DNA from: Octopus vulgaris
Taxonomy: Eukaryota
Direction of reading: 5' to 3'
NCBI GenBank assembly: GCA_951406725.2
Contig: OX597824.1
Span: 40,734,001-40,798,000, forward strand
Length of the DNA stretch: 64,000 nucleotides
Shown here in pieces: positions 1 to 12,943 of the stretch. How positions within the stretch are numbered: the stretch's first letter is position 1; each line of letters opens with the position of its first letter. Below the pieces are notes generated by a model that was not told the DNA's origin, did no database searches, and was given only the letters and a program-made list of their open reading frames with translations. A program made the position numbers and the translations under genes.

Positions 1-9
1 TATATGTAC

Positions 10-300
10 TTTGACGTTGCATATCCAATGGGGCATACTAGGTTCATTTCTCTAGTCTTTGCATGTCTCCTGCATTCAGGGCCCGTGTCTCTCTACCATG
101 TACCATTGCTGTTCGCACACAAGAAACATACAATTTGCCTTTCATTTGAAGAGAGAGACCTTTTGTTTCTAACAGAGGTAATAGCTCTCTGAACTTCCAT
201 CCTATTCTTATTCTAGCAGCTGTACTTTCAGAGCATCCTCCAGTGCATTTTCCGTATACAAAAACTTTTCTCTGTTAGCCTTCCTAGACATAATTTCTTT
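10..300 (-). mobile_element. RTE-clade LINE fragment (region C-terminal to the RT core), degraded
   Basis: Minus-strand translation, with small frameshifts, gives ARIRIGWKFRELLPLL..KGKLYVSCVRTAMVHGRETRAL...RLERNE.SM, the typical RTE MLYGSETW region. Confidence 0.7.
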
Positions 301-629
301 TCTATTTATTTTAAGAATACTTGTTTCTTGAACTGACTTGCAATGGCTGCAAGTATGAGTCCTAAGGAGTCTATTTAAAAATATATTTTCATTATATCTC
401 TACATTAACATAAAACCTATGATTGGAGTTGGAAGAAAGGAGTCTAATGTTCATGCCTTTCCCAAAGCATTAAGACAGCATAGACAGATATTATGAGGAC
501 AAATTTTTCAGTGGCTAGCCATAATTAATTGGTGACAGAAATTTAAAATAATAGATATTTAGTTGTCCTATGCAGTGAAACGTGTCAATTGCTTGATCAT
601 TCCCTGTAAGAAATATCCATTTATAGTTT

Positions 630-1021
630 ACTAGAAGTATCGCCTGGCATTGCTCGGGTTTGTTTCGACCCTTTAGAGTTGGAATTTTTGAAAAGTAAAA
701 ATTTTGCTTTATGTAGCTTGTTATTCTCTTTAAGTGAGCATTTTCCTGGATGAAATACACTGAAAAATGGCGGTACAGCAGTCAAAAAATTGTAAAAAAT
801 AGGGATTTTCATAGAAAAAAAGCACCTTTTTGATGTAAATAATTTTTGGTGTTAACATGGTCCAATTTTAATTTTTTCTTCTACGGAAGGAAGAGCAAGC
901 CTTCTTCTATCATACTATAATTTTTGCTCAACTTGCGCCGCAGGGTCTCGGAGGAGATAGTGTTAGTTGAAGGCTACCAAACCTGCCATACACAGACAAC
1001 TTCAGCTTTATATATATAGAT
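630..1021 (+). mobile_element. Non-autonomous Helentron-type element (HINE/DINE-like)
   Basis: 5' ACTAG followed by the short palindrome CCTGGCATTGCTCGGG, 3' end CTTTATATATATAGAT, T-rich insertion site. Confidence 0.55.
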
Positions 1022-1844
1022 TAGTCCTAATGAGATTACAGGATGGAGGAATAGATATTAGCAGTGCATGTAAGATAGTTCTCATTAAGGATAAAAACAT
1101 CTCATGTCAAAGATTCATACCTTCTAGGAATTTGTAATTTATGCATTAATTTGTAATCAGGAGACAGCCAAATCTTACCACACTCTTAGTCTATAGTCTG
1201 CTTCTGCTGTACTACAAATGAATTTGTCCATGTCTGCTTCAGGGATGGTTTCAGAAACATACTAGTTTTTATGAAAAGCTGATGGTCCCTAGCATCTCCT
1301 TTAACCAAAGCTGGGATTTTCTGGCATCATTTAAATGGAATTAATTGCACAATGATCAGCAGATTATGAGTGAGAGGGAGTAATTGTTACAAGTACTCTA
1401 TCGATCATAGAAGGTTGAAAGACAAAGCTGACTGCAGACGAGATGAAACAAACATCACAAGGTATTTGTGCAACATTCTGTCAATTGACTGTCCAAATTG
1501 AAGGAGATTTGGCTGCAATTTCTAACAGTAAAACAACAACATACAGACTTGTTTATTGGCTTGTGGGAATTATGTATATTTGTCATGGTGGGCACAGGAT
1601 GGTACCAGGGACCAAACTAAGTAAGGTATCACTATTAATAAACTGGAGAAAAAAGCGAATCAGATAGAAACTGATATTCCTCCCTCATATACCTAAAGTC
1701 TTGTGCTCACATATAAAAAGCAACAATTATCAAATGGGCAGTGAGCTGTGCAGGGACTGGAAATAGGTATATTCTTTTATTCTTTTACACATTTCTTTTT
1801 ATTCTTTTACACATTTTTACACATTATTCTTTTACACATTTCAA

Positions 1845-2045
1845 TAATTTCACTGTGGCCATGCTGGAGCAACATCCTAAAGCGTTTTAGTCAAAGAAAT
1901 CGACCTCAGGACTTATTTTTTTTGTAAGCCTAGTACTTATTCTATTGTCACTTTGCCAAACTGCTAAGTTACAGGGATGTAAACATGCAGGCATTGGCTG
2001 TCAAGTGATGTCAGGGGGAGAGAGGGACAAACACAGACACAGATA

Positions 2046-2096
<51 letters not shown>

Positions 2097-2554
2097 GTAT
2101 ATATAACATCATCATCATCATTTAATGTCCGCTTTCCATGCTAGCATGGGTTGGACAATTGACTGAGGGCTGGCAAACCAGATGGCTGCACCACGCTTCA
2201 ATCTTGATCTGGCAGAGTTTCTACAGTTGGATGCTCTTCCTAACGCCAACCACTCCTAGAGTGTAGTGGGTGCTTTTACGTGCCAGTCAGGCGGTACTGG
2301 CAACGACCTTGCTCAAATCTTTTGCACATGCCACCGGCACAGGTGCCAGTAAGGCGATACTGGTAATGATCATGCTCGATAACATATATATATATATATA
2401 ATCGAGCATGATTAGGAAGGGCATCCAGCTGTAGAAACTCTGCCAGATCAAGATTGAAGCGTGGTGCAGCCATCTGGTTTGCCAGCCCTCAGTCAATTGT
2501 CCAACCCATGCTAGCATGGAAAGCGGACATTAAACGATGATGATGATGTTATAT

Positions 2555-2593
<39 letters not shown>

Positions 2594-2781
2594 TATCTGT
2601 GTCTGTGTTTGTCCCTCTCTCCCCCTGACATCGCTTGACAGCCAATGCCTGCATGTTTACATCCCTGTAACTTAGCAGTTTGGCAAAGTGACAATAGAAT
2701 AAGTACAATAGAATAAGGTATTTTTTGATATGCTGGCCATTGATAAAATTTTTTTTCAAAAAAACTTTATCCTACATTAGT

Positions 2782-2838
<57 letters not shown>

Positions 2839-3088
2839 CTAATGTAATGGATAAAGTTTTTTTTGAAAAAAATTTTATCAATGGCCAGCATATCAAAAAA
2901 TACCTTCAAAGGTTAAATTTATAAATAACTTACAAAATAAGGGCAAAAGAAAAATTCTAATGCCAAATATGCCGAAAAAAACAAAATTGTCATTAATCAT
3001 TGACGCATAAATTATAATGGTTATTGACAATTTTGTTTTTTTCGGCATATTTGGCATTAGAATTTTTCTTTTGCCCTTATTTTGTAAG

Positions 3089-3120
<32 letters not shown>

Positions 3121-3280
3121 GACAGGTGTCCTTTAGGTTCTGTCTACCAAATCCACTCATAAGGATTTGGTCAGCCTGAGGCTATAGTAGAAGACACTTG
3201 TCCAAGATGCTATGCAGTCGTACTGAATCCGGAAACGTGGTTGGGAAGCAAGCTCCTTACCATACAGCCACGTCTGTGCC
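1845..3280 (-). mobile_element. tRNA-derived SINE (CORE-like CTTGGGCAAG box) split by ~1 kb of insertions and inverted duplications at its internal microsatellite
   Basis: Head at ~3120-3280 and tail at ~1845-2050 match the intact copy at 28371-28795. Confidence 0.65.
1933..3092. repeat. Cascade of inverted repeats: 1933-2243/2412-2706, 2715-2783/2837-2906, 2925-2992/3025-3092
   Basis: Read directly: ~300 bp near-identical arms, ~70 bp arms around (TA)n, and 68 bp perfect arms. Confidence 0.9.
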
Positions 3281-5427
3281 TATATATATTATTTCATTTA
3301 GCTGAAGCCATAAAACCCAGAAGTTTCTATAGCTAAGAATGCTTCATCCGATGGCAGAACACATCTCACTGGCCAAACAAATCCTTAAGTAAAATATGTG
3401 ATTCAGCTTAAAAAACAAAAACAAAAAAATTTAGAGCTATCGATCAGGGGAAGTAATTCTCACATCACAATTAAAGGGAAATAATTTAAAGTAATCCGTA
3501 AAATGTTAGGAGAGGTACCTTTTAATCTGAGTTTGTTGTTAGATGGGTGTTAAAGAAAAGTTATTAAACCTTGTAATTGAATAACAGGTTAAAGAGACGA
3601 TTCATTGAATAACTGACTCTTTGTTAGGATAAATAATTAGATAATTATTAGGATAATTGTTAGGATAAATAATTCAGAAATATCACAACAAAACACAATT
3701 GGAGTATGTTACGGCAATATGTAGTGGAGATAGTGATCTGAGAATAAACATGGTATAACCCTAATTACTGGTAAACACTGTATTATAAGCTGAAGGAAGA
3801 AACTGTATACATTAATAAAAGTTTTAATTACACATCCACCCACAGTTATTAAACATATCACAGACGATATGAATAGAAGTATATCCAGTCTATCATTAGG
3901 TAATGCTCAATAAAGCTGCCCAATACTATAATAGAGGATTAAGAAGATGAAGTATACACAACCACTCCTAATATAATTGAATAACAAAACAGCAATGCAC
4001 AATATATTACTATCTCCACAAATACAGCAGAATACTTCATAACCCTGATAAATGAACACTTCCTGCTTCTCAGAGATACCATAACATTTAGATGTTAAGA
4101 GAAACTCTAGTTGTTTACATTTAGGATCTCAATAGTTAGAAATACTACATAATCACCTCAGTATGAATGTAATTAGAGATAAATAAATAATTCTTCTCTA
4201 AGCAATAAATACCTCTTGAAGGAGCTAGTGCACAGAACTGATGGCATGAAAAAGGGTTTTTTTTCACTGAAAATTCATTCAAAACCTCTCACTGTATACC
4301 AGGCTTGGGCTAAGCCCTTTTAAGAAGCAGGATGCATGAGATATGGTTAACCATCAGGTAAACTGCACCACGAAACAGATTCAAAGTAATTTGTGCCATT
4401 CAGAAAGTCTTGCACTTTGCTTATGACTGCTGTATACCCTTTCATTCATATACAGGAGTAAATATAACTCCACATTACCAAATTATATTTGGTATTTAAA
4501 AGATCACAGAATAAGTAATCTTAAAATCAAGTAGAGAATAGCCAATTAAGTGAAGGCATGCAATAGGCACAGTAGTAATTGCAACTTGTGTGCAACTGAA
4601 AAACTTAAGATACTGACCCTGCTAACCACTGTCATAAACAAAAGGGAAAAAATATTTTCTGTTTGCATATAAAGAAACTTAAATAACAATCCTTTTAAAA
4701 ACACTTTTCTTCAAAACACATTCCTATTACAAATTGGTTACATGCTTAATCCATCAGGACAACTGCCAGGATTCCTGGCACTTAGAAATAAGCAATATAG
4801 CAAGTTTTCTAAAAATCAAACTCATAGAGCCAACTTTCTTTTTTTTTTTTCCATCACTACTCTTTCACTGAGTGAATCAGTTACATATGAACAGATCTGT
4901 TATATGCAGATGATGAGAGGACATAGCCTGTACTTTCTTCCTTCAATTTGTTACTTCATCTGAGTGGATTAGCTACACATTAGTGGATAGGTTACACACA
5001 AGTTTCTTAAATTATTTAAATTATTTAATTATGTCATTTTAACACGTTTGATGAAGATCATGGCTGCATTAAGCAATTTGGGTCAGGTAAGTTCTCTAGG
5101 TCTTCACTTCATCACATATTCAGAATCTGTACAAACTGCTGAAGTGAAGACTTAAAAAACGTATCCGGCCCAGATGACATATTTCATCCATGATCTTCAC
5201 TGAAACACATATAAGATGATGTAATTTAGATAATTTAAGAACCAATTTTTCCCTTTTGTCTTCTACATATCCTCTATAATCCTTCTATGGAGACTAGTGA
5301 AAGGAAACATGGACAATAATACACATGTACTCTTTGTAGTTTTCTTTTTTGATGTATAAAGCTGCACATAAGATTCTAAATACCAGTTATACATCATGCC
5401 ATTTAAAATGCAATATACAAATATATA

Positions 5428-6016
5428 TTGGGTCCTTCCATAAGTAATGTGGTTTTTTCAATTGCATGAACTCGAAGTCAGAAAGGGATAGGATAGACTA
5501 CCTGCATCCACCCATGTAAAGTGTTGTTATCTGTTTGGTGGGATATAAAAGGTTTAGTCCATTTGGAACTTTTAAACCCAAACCAAACGATAACAAAGGA
5601 AATCTACTGTGGGCAACTTGAGTGGCTTAAGAAAAATGAAGAAAAATGACCATCATTGGTTTCAAGATGAAAAGTGTTCTTCCATCAGGATAATGCTCGG
5701 CCACATACAGTGAGGATGACATTCCAAGCCTAGAGTAGTTTGAATGGGAAATGATGCCCCCCCCCACTATATTCGCCAAACATTGCTCCATCTGATTAAC
5801 ATTCTGTTCTGCAGTCTTCAAAATCATTTGGACGGAAAAAATATGAATGCTGCAGACAAGGTCAAAACAGAGGAGTGAATGTTGGAAGTCTACCAGATAG
5901 ATGGAAAAGCATTGCAGAAAATGAAGGAGTATATTTTAGATTAAAAAAGAACTTTATCTTAATTTTGAAAGATAAAAGAAGTATAAAAAAACTGCATTAT
6001 TTATGGGATGACCCAA
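5428..6016 (+). mobile_element. Internally deleted mariner (DD34D) element
   Basis: TIRs TTGGGTCCTTCCATAAGTAATG / CATTATTTATGGGATGACCCAA with TA flanks. Remnants KVLLSVWWDIKG, HQDNARPH and YSPNIAPSD, with stops. Confidence 0.88.
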
Positions 6017-8542
6017 TATATACATAAATAGAGAGAGAGAGAGAGAGAGAATATCTATACTACACATGCACCTACACAAAAAGTTGTACAAAAGTAACTT
6101 TACAGTTTAGAAACAGCTGGAGGCTTATGGTTAATTATTATGTAATATAAGAATCATCTCTTGTTTTTCTACTCTTCAGTATGGATCTTTTTGATTTGGA
6201 TTGAATTTCACGTAATTGGTAATTATTTTATTTACTCCAGGGAGATTGATGACAATGTTGATATCTATTATGATTTGAACTCAAGAAATCTGAGGCACTT
6301 AACCAAATATGGATTATTATATTTCAAGCAGACTTCAACATCTTTTACTTTACATTTACTTGTAGACAAATAGTATGTAGAAATATTTATGACTTTTTAA
6401 AAAAATAATTCTAACATTCATCCATTCTAGGATAATTCAGTCATTATACAAAGTGAGTCACACACTTACATGTTGATATAAATATCGATATGTATACACA
6501 TACATATTTTATACACAGACTATTCACTCAAGCACTGCATAAATTTTCGCTTGACAACTTTTTATTAAAACTGAGATTCCTCCTTTTTTTTTTTGGTTTG
6601 TCTGTTTTTTTTTGTTTTTCGATATTACAACAGTCCCAGTTTTTCTGAAGTTGCTTTTATGACTTGGATAGAAGAGAAAACTCAGATATTTAAACATGAT
6701 AGCATGATTTGAAAACCAAATTTCCTGAATGGATGTAAAGTTATAGAATATGTGCAAAGGAATGCCACCAAACTGAATACAAATTTGAAGGTCTTCACAA
6801 AGGAAGTTCGACTTAAGGCGCTTGTTTTCCTTTTAGTACTTCACAGACAGAGGAAGGTACACATTTGATAAAGAATGGTATAAGGAGATTGTTGTGTAAA
6901 AAACAACCATTCAGTTCAAGAATATACTTGATGATTATTGGAAGAGCATAAAATTTCAAAGGCCCTAACATGCAGAAAGGGTATATAATATATAAGTTGT
7001 AATTCACAAATTTTTGCACAGCAGCCAAAAACAAAAAAATTGATTTAAAAAAATACTGTGAAGCATGATTTTTTCCCCATTAAAATAATGAGATACGAAA
7101 CTAACCAGTTATTGCCTTAATGGTGGCATATTCTAGATAGAAGGCTGTTTCAGGAAATGTTTCAAGTAATGTCTTGGCTGCATTCAAAGAGGTGGACTTT
7201 AGTGCAATATCGAGAGTTTTACAAAAGTATTATGTGTGAAAACAGAATATCAAACGTCGGACGGCGGGGGGAAAAAATTAAATAAAAGTAAGGGAGATAA
7301 CTTTTAACTGCCGACAGTTTAACACATTGCGTTTCTATCAGGGATAGAAGCTGCAATAAGTGAACCTTCAGAACGATGTGGAGCTGTACAATACTTCTAA
7401 ACCAATCCTACAGCAAGTCAAAGAAGAGGTGGGGGAGAAAGAGAAGTAAAATCGTTTCTGTGGTTACTATTTAGACTCCAGCAAAATTTTGATTAGAGGT
7501 GTTCAGCAATGACCCATCATTTTTCTTTATTTTTCCTTTTTTTTTTTTTGAGATATATATTTTATATAGGTCTACGTTTTTCAGTATGTCCTTCCTTTTG
7601 TTTTAAACATTAGGGAGTGATTTGAGAGAGATTTAGTTGATTTTTCTAGTTGGTCAAGTAACTATATAGTGACACCCTCTTGTCTCAAGTAAGATTTGGA
7701 GTGTGAACGTGAGACAATACATGCAACAGTTAGTAGTTTGGAAAATGCACAAAACACATGTGATAATGTGGAGTATATTAGAGTTATATGCAGTCATGTT
7801 TTAGTGAAAGAGAGCTGAAACTATAGAGAACCAGACTTTAGATGTTTTCAGGTATCTAAAGTTTAGCTATTTGCTCTACAGAGTTCAAATTCTACTAGAG
7901 ACAAATTTATTTTGCATTATTGTGGAGTTGGCCAAACAAATACCTGTAATAAATTGAAGCTGTATATATTGTCCATCACCATTTCCTATGAAAAGAAAAA
8001 AAAAAGATTTGTGCCTTGGCTAAATAAAAAATTATAATATGATGTTTTATTCAGTCTCAGTACTTGATTGGTACTTTTTTAACAACTTTAGAAGGATGAA
8101 AAGCAAGGTCAACCTTATAGAGATTTGAATTCAGAATGTAAAGCTAAATTCTACTAAGTATTCTGTCAGATATGCTAACGTTTCTATCATCCACCACCTT
8201 AATGATAATAATGGTTTCTAATCTAGGCATAAGGCCAACAATGCTCATGTTTGCCATATTTTACCTCTCTTCAATTTAATAACAAATACATCATCATTAT
8301 TATCATCAGATTCATTGTTGTTTAAATGTCAACTTTTCAATGCTGGCATGTCAGACGGAATTCATTGAAATATTTGCTACAGCTTGATGTCCCTATTGTT
8401 GCCAACCTTCATCAGTTTCCTAGCAAGGTAATATTACTCAATGGTCAAGCTTATTTTTATGAAGATTGGAAATAAACTATACTGCTTGTATGACAGTGAT
8501 GCTCCTTTACAAATACTGAGCAATGTCAAGGCAAAGAGACAT

Positions 8543-8581
<39 letters not shown>

Positions 8582-9195
8582 ATGGGTCTCTTTCAGTTGC
8601 TGACTATCAAATTCACTCATAAGGTTTCAGTTGACCCAGAGTTATAGTAGAAGACACTTGTCCTAGATACAGCGCAATGGGACTGAATCCAAAACCACAT
8701 GGTTGGGGAGCAAAAGTCATTAAAGTGCCAAATAAAATACTTTATGACATTTGTTCGGGGACTCTGCATACTTACTTCAAGTATTGGCAAGTCAACTTCA
8801 CCTTTCATCCTATGAGGGTTGATAAAATAATGAACCAGTCAAGAGTGGTCATTTAAAATAGTTAGAATATGAGACATGATGGCTCATGGAATCTGTTTTG
8901 GCTCTTTTTGCTCTGTGTTCAGATTCACTACCTTATTAAACCTTCTTCAAAAGTAAGATTTTGCAAAGCACTGGTGTTGATTCTGATATGAAAAAGAGAT
9001 TGCTTACGGAACTTCAATGAACTCATAGAAACTAATATGGTACAAGGTTATAAGAGCCCTATGTATATGGAGGGTGCAGGAGGATTTTCAATTCATATAC
9101 ATGTGTATTTTGTATGTGTGTGTGTGTATACATACACACATACACACACACATGTATGCATGTGTGTGTATGTATGTATATATACATACATACAT

Positions 9196-9250
<55 letters not shown>

Positions 9251-9317
9251 ATGAGTTAGTTGCCTATAAGTCAGAAAACAGCACACTCAATATGAGTAAT
9301 AGTGCGGTTATATTTTT

Positions 9318-10268
9318 CTATATCATTAAGCAGTCTATTGCTGGTTATGGCATGTAACTTGTCAGAATGTTACAGTTAGTTTCACACTGATGATTACAGC
9401 CAAGCAGTCCTGATGAGTGTTCATACATACTGGCCAGAAGTGCGTAGTTCCTTTTTTTTTTTATGTTGGAGATATATAGACTCTGGTTGATGTTGGCAAA
9501 AAGAAAAAATGAAATGAAAAAATGAAATGAAACATTTTTCTAGAAGGAAAAGAAGAGTTATTTCTCATAAATTGATGTCAGTCATGAGTAACACATAAAC
9601 TCTGTGTGTGTGTATGTGTACGCATGCATGTGCGTGCATGTGTGCACGTGCTATCCCCTAATTCAAAAAGAGACTTAATCATGTTGCCAACACAAAATTC
9701 TGCTCATCAGAGCAACATTCGAAAATTTTGCTTTTTTAGTTTAGGAGAATGTGTAGATTGTGAAAATCTTTTTAAAATGATACTCCTCTCTGCTAAGCAG
9801 AGCCTGCACCTTTTACTTCCATCCAGATATGGTCAGACCATATGCACAATCCAAGCGCCTACCTAAACTAAAAAAGCAAAATTTTTGGATGCTATTCTGA
9901 TGAGCAGAAATTTGTTTGACAACATGGCTATGTCTAGTTTTGAATTAGGAAATTGTATATTCATACACACACTCACACAGCTTACATGCTTCACCCATGG
10001 CCAGCCTTAACTTATTGGAAATAACTCTTCTTTTTCTCTCAGAAAACTTTTTTGCTATGTTTTGTTCTATTTCTTTTTGCCAACACTGAGCTACCCAGGC
10101 TCTCTATATATCTCCAGCATAAAGAAAGGCCATGTACTTCTGATCAATATGTCTGAATAGTCATCAACGTTGCCAAGGTGTAATAGCCAGTGTAAAAGTG
10201 ATGGTAAACTTCTGACCAGTTATATGCCATAACCGGTAATATATTGCTTGACAATATTTAAATATATT
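9318..10268. repeat. ~950 bp imperfect inverted repeat (fold-back element; arms ~9318-9762 and ~9846-10268)
   Basis: Matching blocks include GGTTATGGCATGTAACT/AGTTATATGCCATAACC, TGTTGGCAAAAAGAAA/TTTCTTTTTGCCAACA, TTCTGCTCATCAGA/TCTGATGAGCAGAA and AAAATTTTGCTTTTTTAGTTTAGG/CCTAAACTAAAAAAGCAAAATTTT. Confidence 0.85.
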
Positions 10269-10429
10269 TCCATATACATGTATATATACACAATCACACA
10301 TACATATATGTGAGTGTGTGTGAGTGCTTATATACATAGGATGTATATTCCAGTATACCTCAACACAATCTATTGTATATTCTTTTAATATTATCCATAA
10401 ATATGATGTATTGTTGATAAAACATGCGA

Positions 10430-10435
10430 TTTATT
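10430..10435 (-). terminator. Candidate AATAAA polyadenylation signal of the ARF-like gene
   Basis: AATAAA on the minus strand ~280 nt downstream of the stop codon; usage not demonstrated. Confidence 0.35.
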
Positions 10436-10714
10436 TTATACAAATCAATAACCAATATAATGTTCAGCACACGTTTGCCATTGGTGGAATCTACCCACTT
10501 TCAAGACAAATATCACAAACCAGCAGAAGGCTGCTAGTATTCAAAGAAAATCACATCAAATCAATTCAAAAGATGGCGCTGTACATGAGATTTTCAGATG
10601 GTGTCTGTTGCTCTGGGTTTAAGACTGCTTCCACATATTTATAGTCTTTTGTTTTAGAGATGCATTAGTTTTCAACTCTTTGGATTGTATGACAAGTTTA
10701 TATCTTGTCAACAA

Positions 10715-10878
10715 TTAAGGCATGGAAGCTCGGTGCTCGTCAAGAAGCCGACACAACTCACGCAATGCTTTATCAACCCCTTCTGTTTCTAAAGCACTGA
10801 TAGCTATAATTGACCACATTCTGTCTTGTATGTTGCTAAGTCCCATCTCGTCTGATACATTCTCCACAGGAAGGCTTT
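10715..10878 (-). CDS. ARF-like GTPase exon 4, terminal (ESLPVENVSDEMGLSNIQDRMWSIIAISALETEGVDKALRELCRLLDEHRASMP*)
   Basis: Acceptor ttctaattctag|AA. ARF-type segment MGLSNIQDRMWSI..SAL..EGV (G5). TAA at 10717-10715. Spliced CDS is 573 nt = 190 aa + stop. Confidence 0.92.
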
Positions 10879-12102
10879 CTAGAATTAGAAAAATTCAAGA
10901 CTGTATTAAAATAATAGTAAAAAAAATTACTGAAATGTAATTTTATAGATAAATAGTAATAATTGTTATAAGCGATATAAAGGACTGTTTAGTGATGAGA
11001 TGAGAAATCCACTAAATAATTTACATCTACATCTTTTTTCATTTATTGTTCATGAAACTCAAGGTATAATCCTAGGTGTACACTTTCAAGAGTCAAGCAA
11101 TACCTAACCAATATAACATTGTGTGTGTCTGTGGTGGAAGAGGGGATTTCATTTCTTCAAAGGAAGATCTGGTATTTAGATAATGTTTCAGCCATTATGA
11201 TGTTGTTTGTGTCTGCATGGAGGAGTGGAGTTTCATTTCTTCAAAGGAAGAGTTAGTATTTAGTTAATGTTTCAAGATTCAACCATAAACTCTAAAACCT
11301 ACCCAGATATTCTGAAGAAGACGATCATCCATAATTGCATTATATTGAATTGTGAAGCTCCTGCATATCTTGAAGGCTTTAATAGTGTATATGAAGCTCT
11401 TCCAACCAAGAACCAAGACAAGGTTATGGATATAAGTTAAATGAAAACTTATTGTCATTCCATATTGTCATCACTGGATATAAAGTTATCATAAAATTAT
11501 AGAATGACAACACATTGAGGGAAGAGGATTATAAGATTAGTAGCTGAAAGTTTGTTTGTATTCCATCAATGGTACTGTGTTGTGTCTATAGACTTGGCAC
11601 CTAACTCTCCAATTGATTTACAGTAGTGAGTTGCATATACACAAATAAAACTTATTACTGTAAGGATCAGGAGAATTGTTTTATTACCTTCTATGGAAGA
11701 TAATAACTCAAGTGGGTTGGCAGTAAGCAACAAGAAACCATTTTATTCTGTGGCCAGAAAATGGAATTACCAATTAAATTGGTCAGCTTTATCATTGGAT
11801 TCAGACTCTAGTTTAGATTACAAGTTACATGTGATGCCTAATGTACAGTAACCTATCCAATGTTGAACTGATCACACATACCCAAACGTTCAAACGTTCA
11901 TTTTAAATGGGACAGCTCAACTGACAAAAATGGATTCATCAATGATGGCTATTAAAAAATAATTATGTTTCAAAATTATCAAATTCTTCAGTAAGCCAGC
12001 AACTGAATTGCTGAAACCCTTAAAAAATTAACTATAAAACAATAATGACAATTATAACACAAATAAAACAACAAAAATAAAACATAATACAGCTAAGAAT
12101 AC

Positions 12103-12237
12103 CTTTGCTGTCTTGTTTGTTAGCTATAACTAAGAGAGGACAAAGTTTCAGTTCATTTTCTTGCAGGATCTCCCAGAGATCAAGTTTTGCCAATTTTAGC
12201 TGCAAAGGTTTTGCACTGTCTATCACAAAAACAATGG
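12103..12237 (-). CDS. ARF-like GTPase exon 3 (TIVFVIDSAKPLQLKLAKLDLWEILQENELKLCPLLVIANKQDSK)
   Basis: Acceptor tcttttcag|CC, donor AAA G|GTATTC; 135 nt, phase 1-1. Carries IVFVIDS and PLLVIANKQD (G4), typical of ARF proteins. Confidence 0.93.
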
Positions 12238-12372
12238 CTGAAAAGACAATAATAGATAAATATTATTATATATTTCAAGTGTGCCCTTTTAAAAGACATG
12301 AATATTAGTTTTATTTCCTTATACCTATGAATTTGAACCTGGGATATGTGAGTGCCATAGTTTTAAAAACCA

Positions 12373-12919
12373 TTGGGTTGTCCGGAAAGTTCGTGCCGAT
12401 TTATAGTAGCTTACCTTTCGACTTATTTTAGAACATGGTTGAGTTCATAAAATAAGATTTAACTACACCTCCATTTAGAGCACAGTTTAAGCTATCTTTT
12501 CGTGGAAGAAGGTTTATGTTCCTATAATCTGTGTTAATTCTGTAATCCTTTAAAATGGAAGATAAGAAAGTTCATTTTTGGTCCTTGATACTTTGGGAAC
12601 CAGAAAAAAATTGCTGCAGCTCGGCTGGGATGTGTTATCCCACCTCCATATTCAGATTTCCACTTATTCAGATCTCTGCAGAATAGTCTTAATGGTAAAA
12701 ATTTTAATTCTTTGGATGACGCAAAAAGATACCTTGATGAATTCTTTGCCATGAAACCACCTCAATTCTGGGAAGAGGGTATTTTCAAGTTAAAGGAAAG
12801 ATGGAGATTCATTGTGCAACAAAATGGTTCATATTTGGTTGATTAAAAATGTAATGGCACGTATTTATTGACCTTTTTCTTTCCTTTAAAAATCAGCATG
12901 AACTTTCCGGACAACTCAA
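12373..12919 (+). mobile_element. Internally deleted mariner element in intron 2 of the ARF-like gene
   Basis: TIRs TTGGGTTGTCCGGAAAGTTC / GAACTTTCCGGACAACTCAA. C-terminal transposase remnant DFHLFRSLQNSLNGKNF..EEGIFKLKERW..VQQNGSYLVD*. Confidence 0.88.
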
Positions 12920-12943
12920 TATTATATTAAAAAATTCTGTGAA

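Noticed and set aside
3540-4250. Possible Penelope GIY-YIG remnant
   Set aside because: Similarity is too faint to support by eye; it needs tBLASTn.
4909-4963. Possible C/D snoRNA (ATGATGA...CTGA)
   Set aside because: Only ~55 nt long, weak terminal stem, no clear C'/D' boxes and no rRNA-complementary guide that I could identify.
9387-9915. CTGATGA motifs in the large hairpin as hammerhead cores
   Set aside because: No correctly placed stem II, GAAA and stem III.
11120-11275. ~85-bp two-copy tandem repeat in intron 3
   Set aside because: Diverged local duplication with no coding or structural signal.
12323-12366. Minus-strand KLWHSHIPGSN resembling the ARF LWRHY segment
   Set aside because: In-frame stop and no acceptor; the real segment is in exon 15361-15543.
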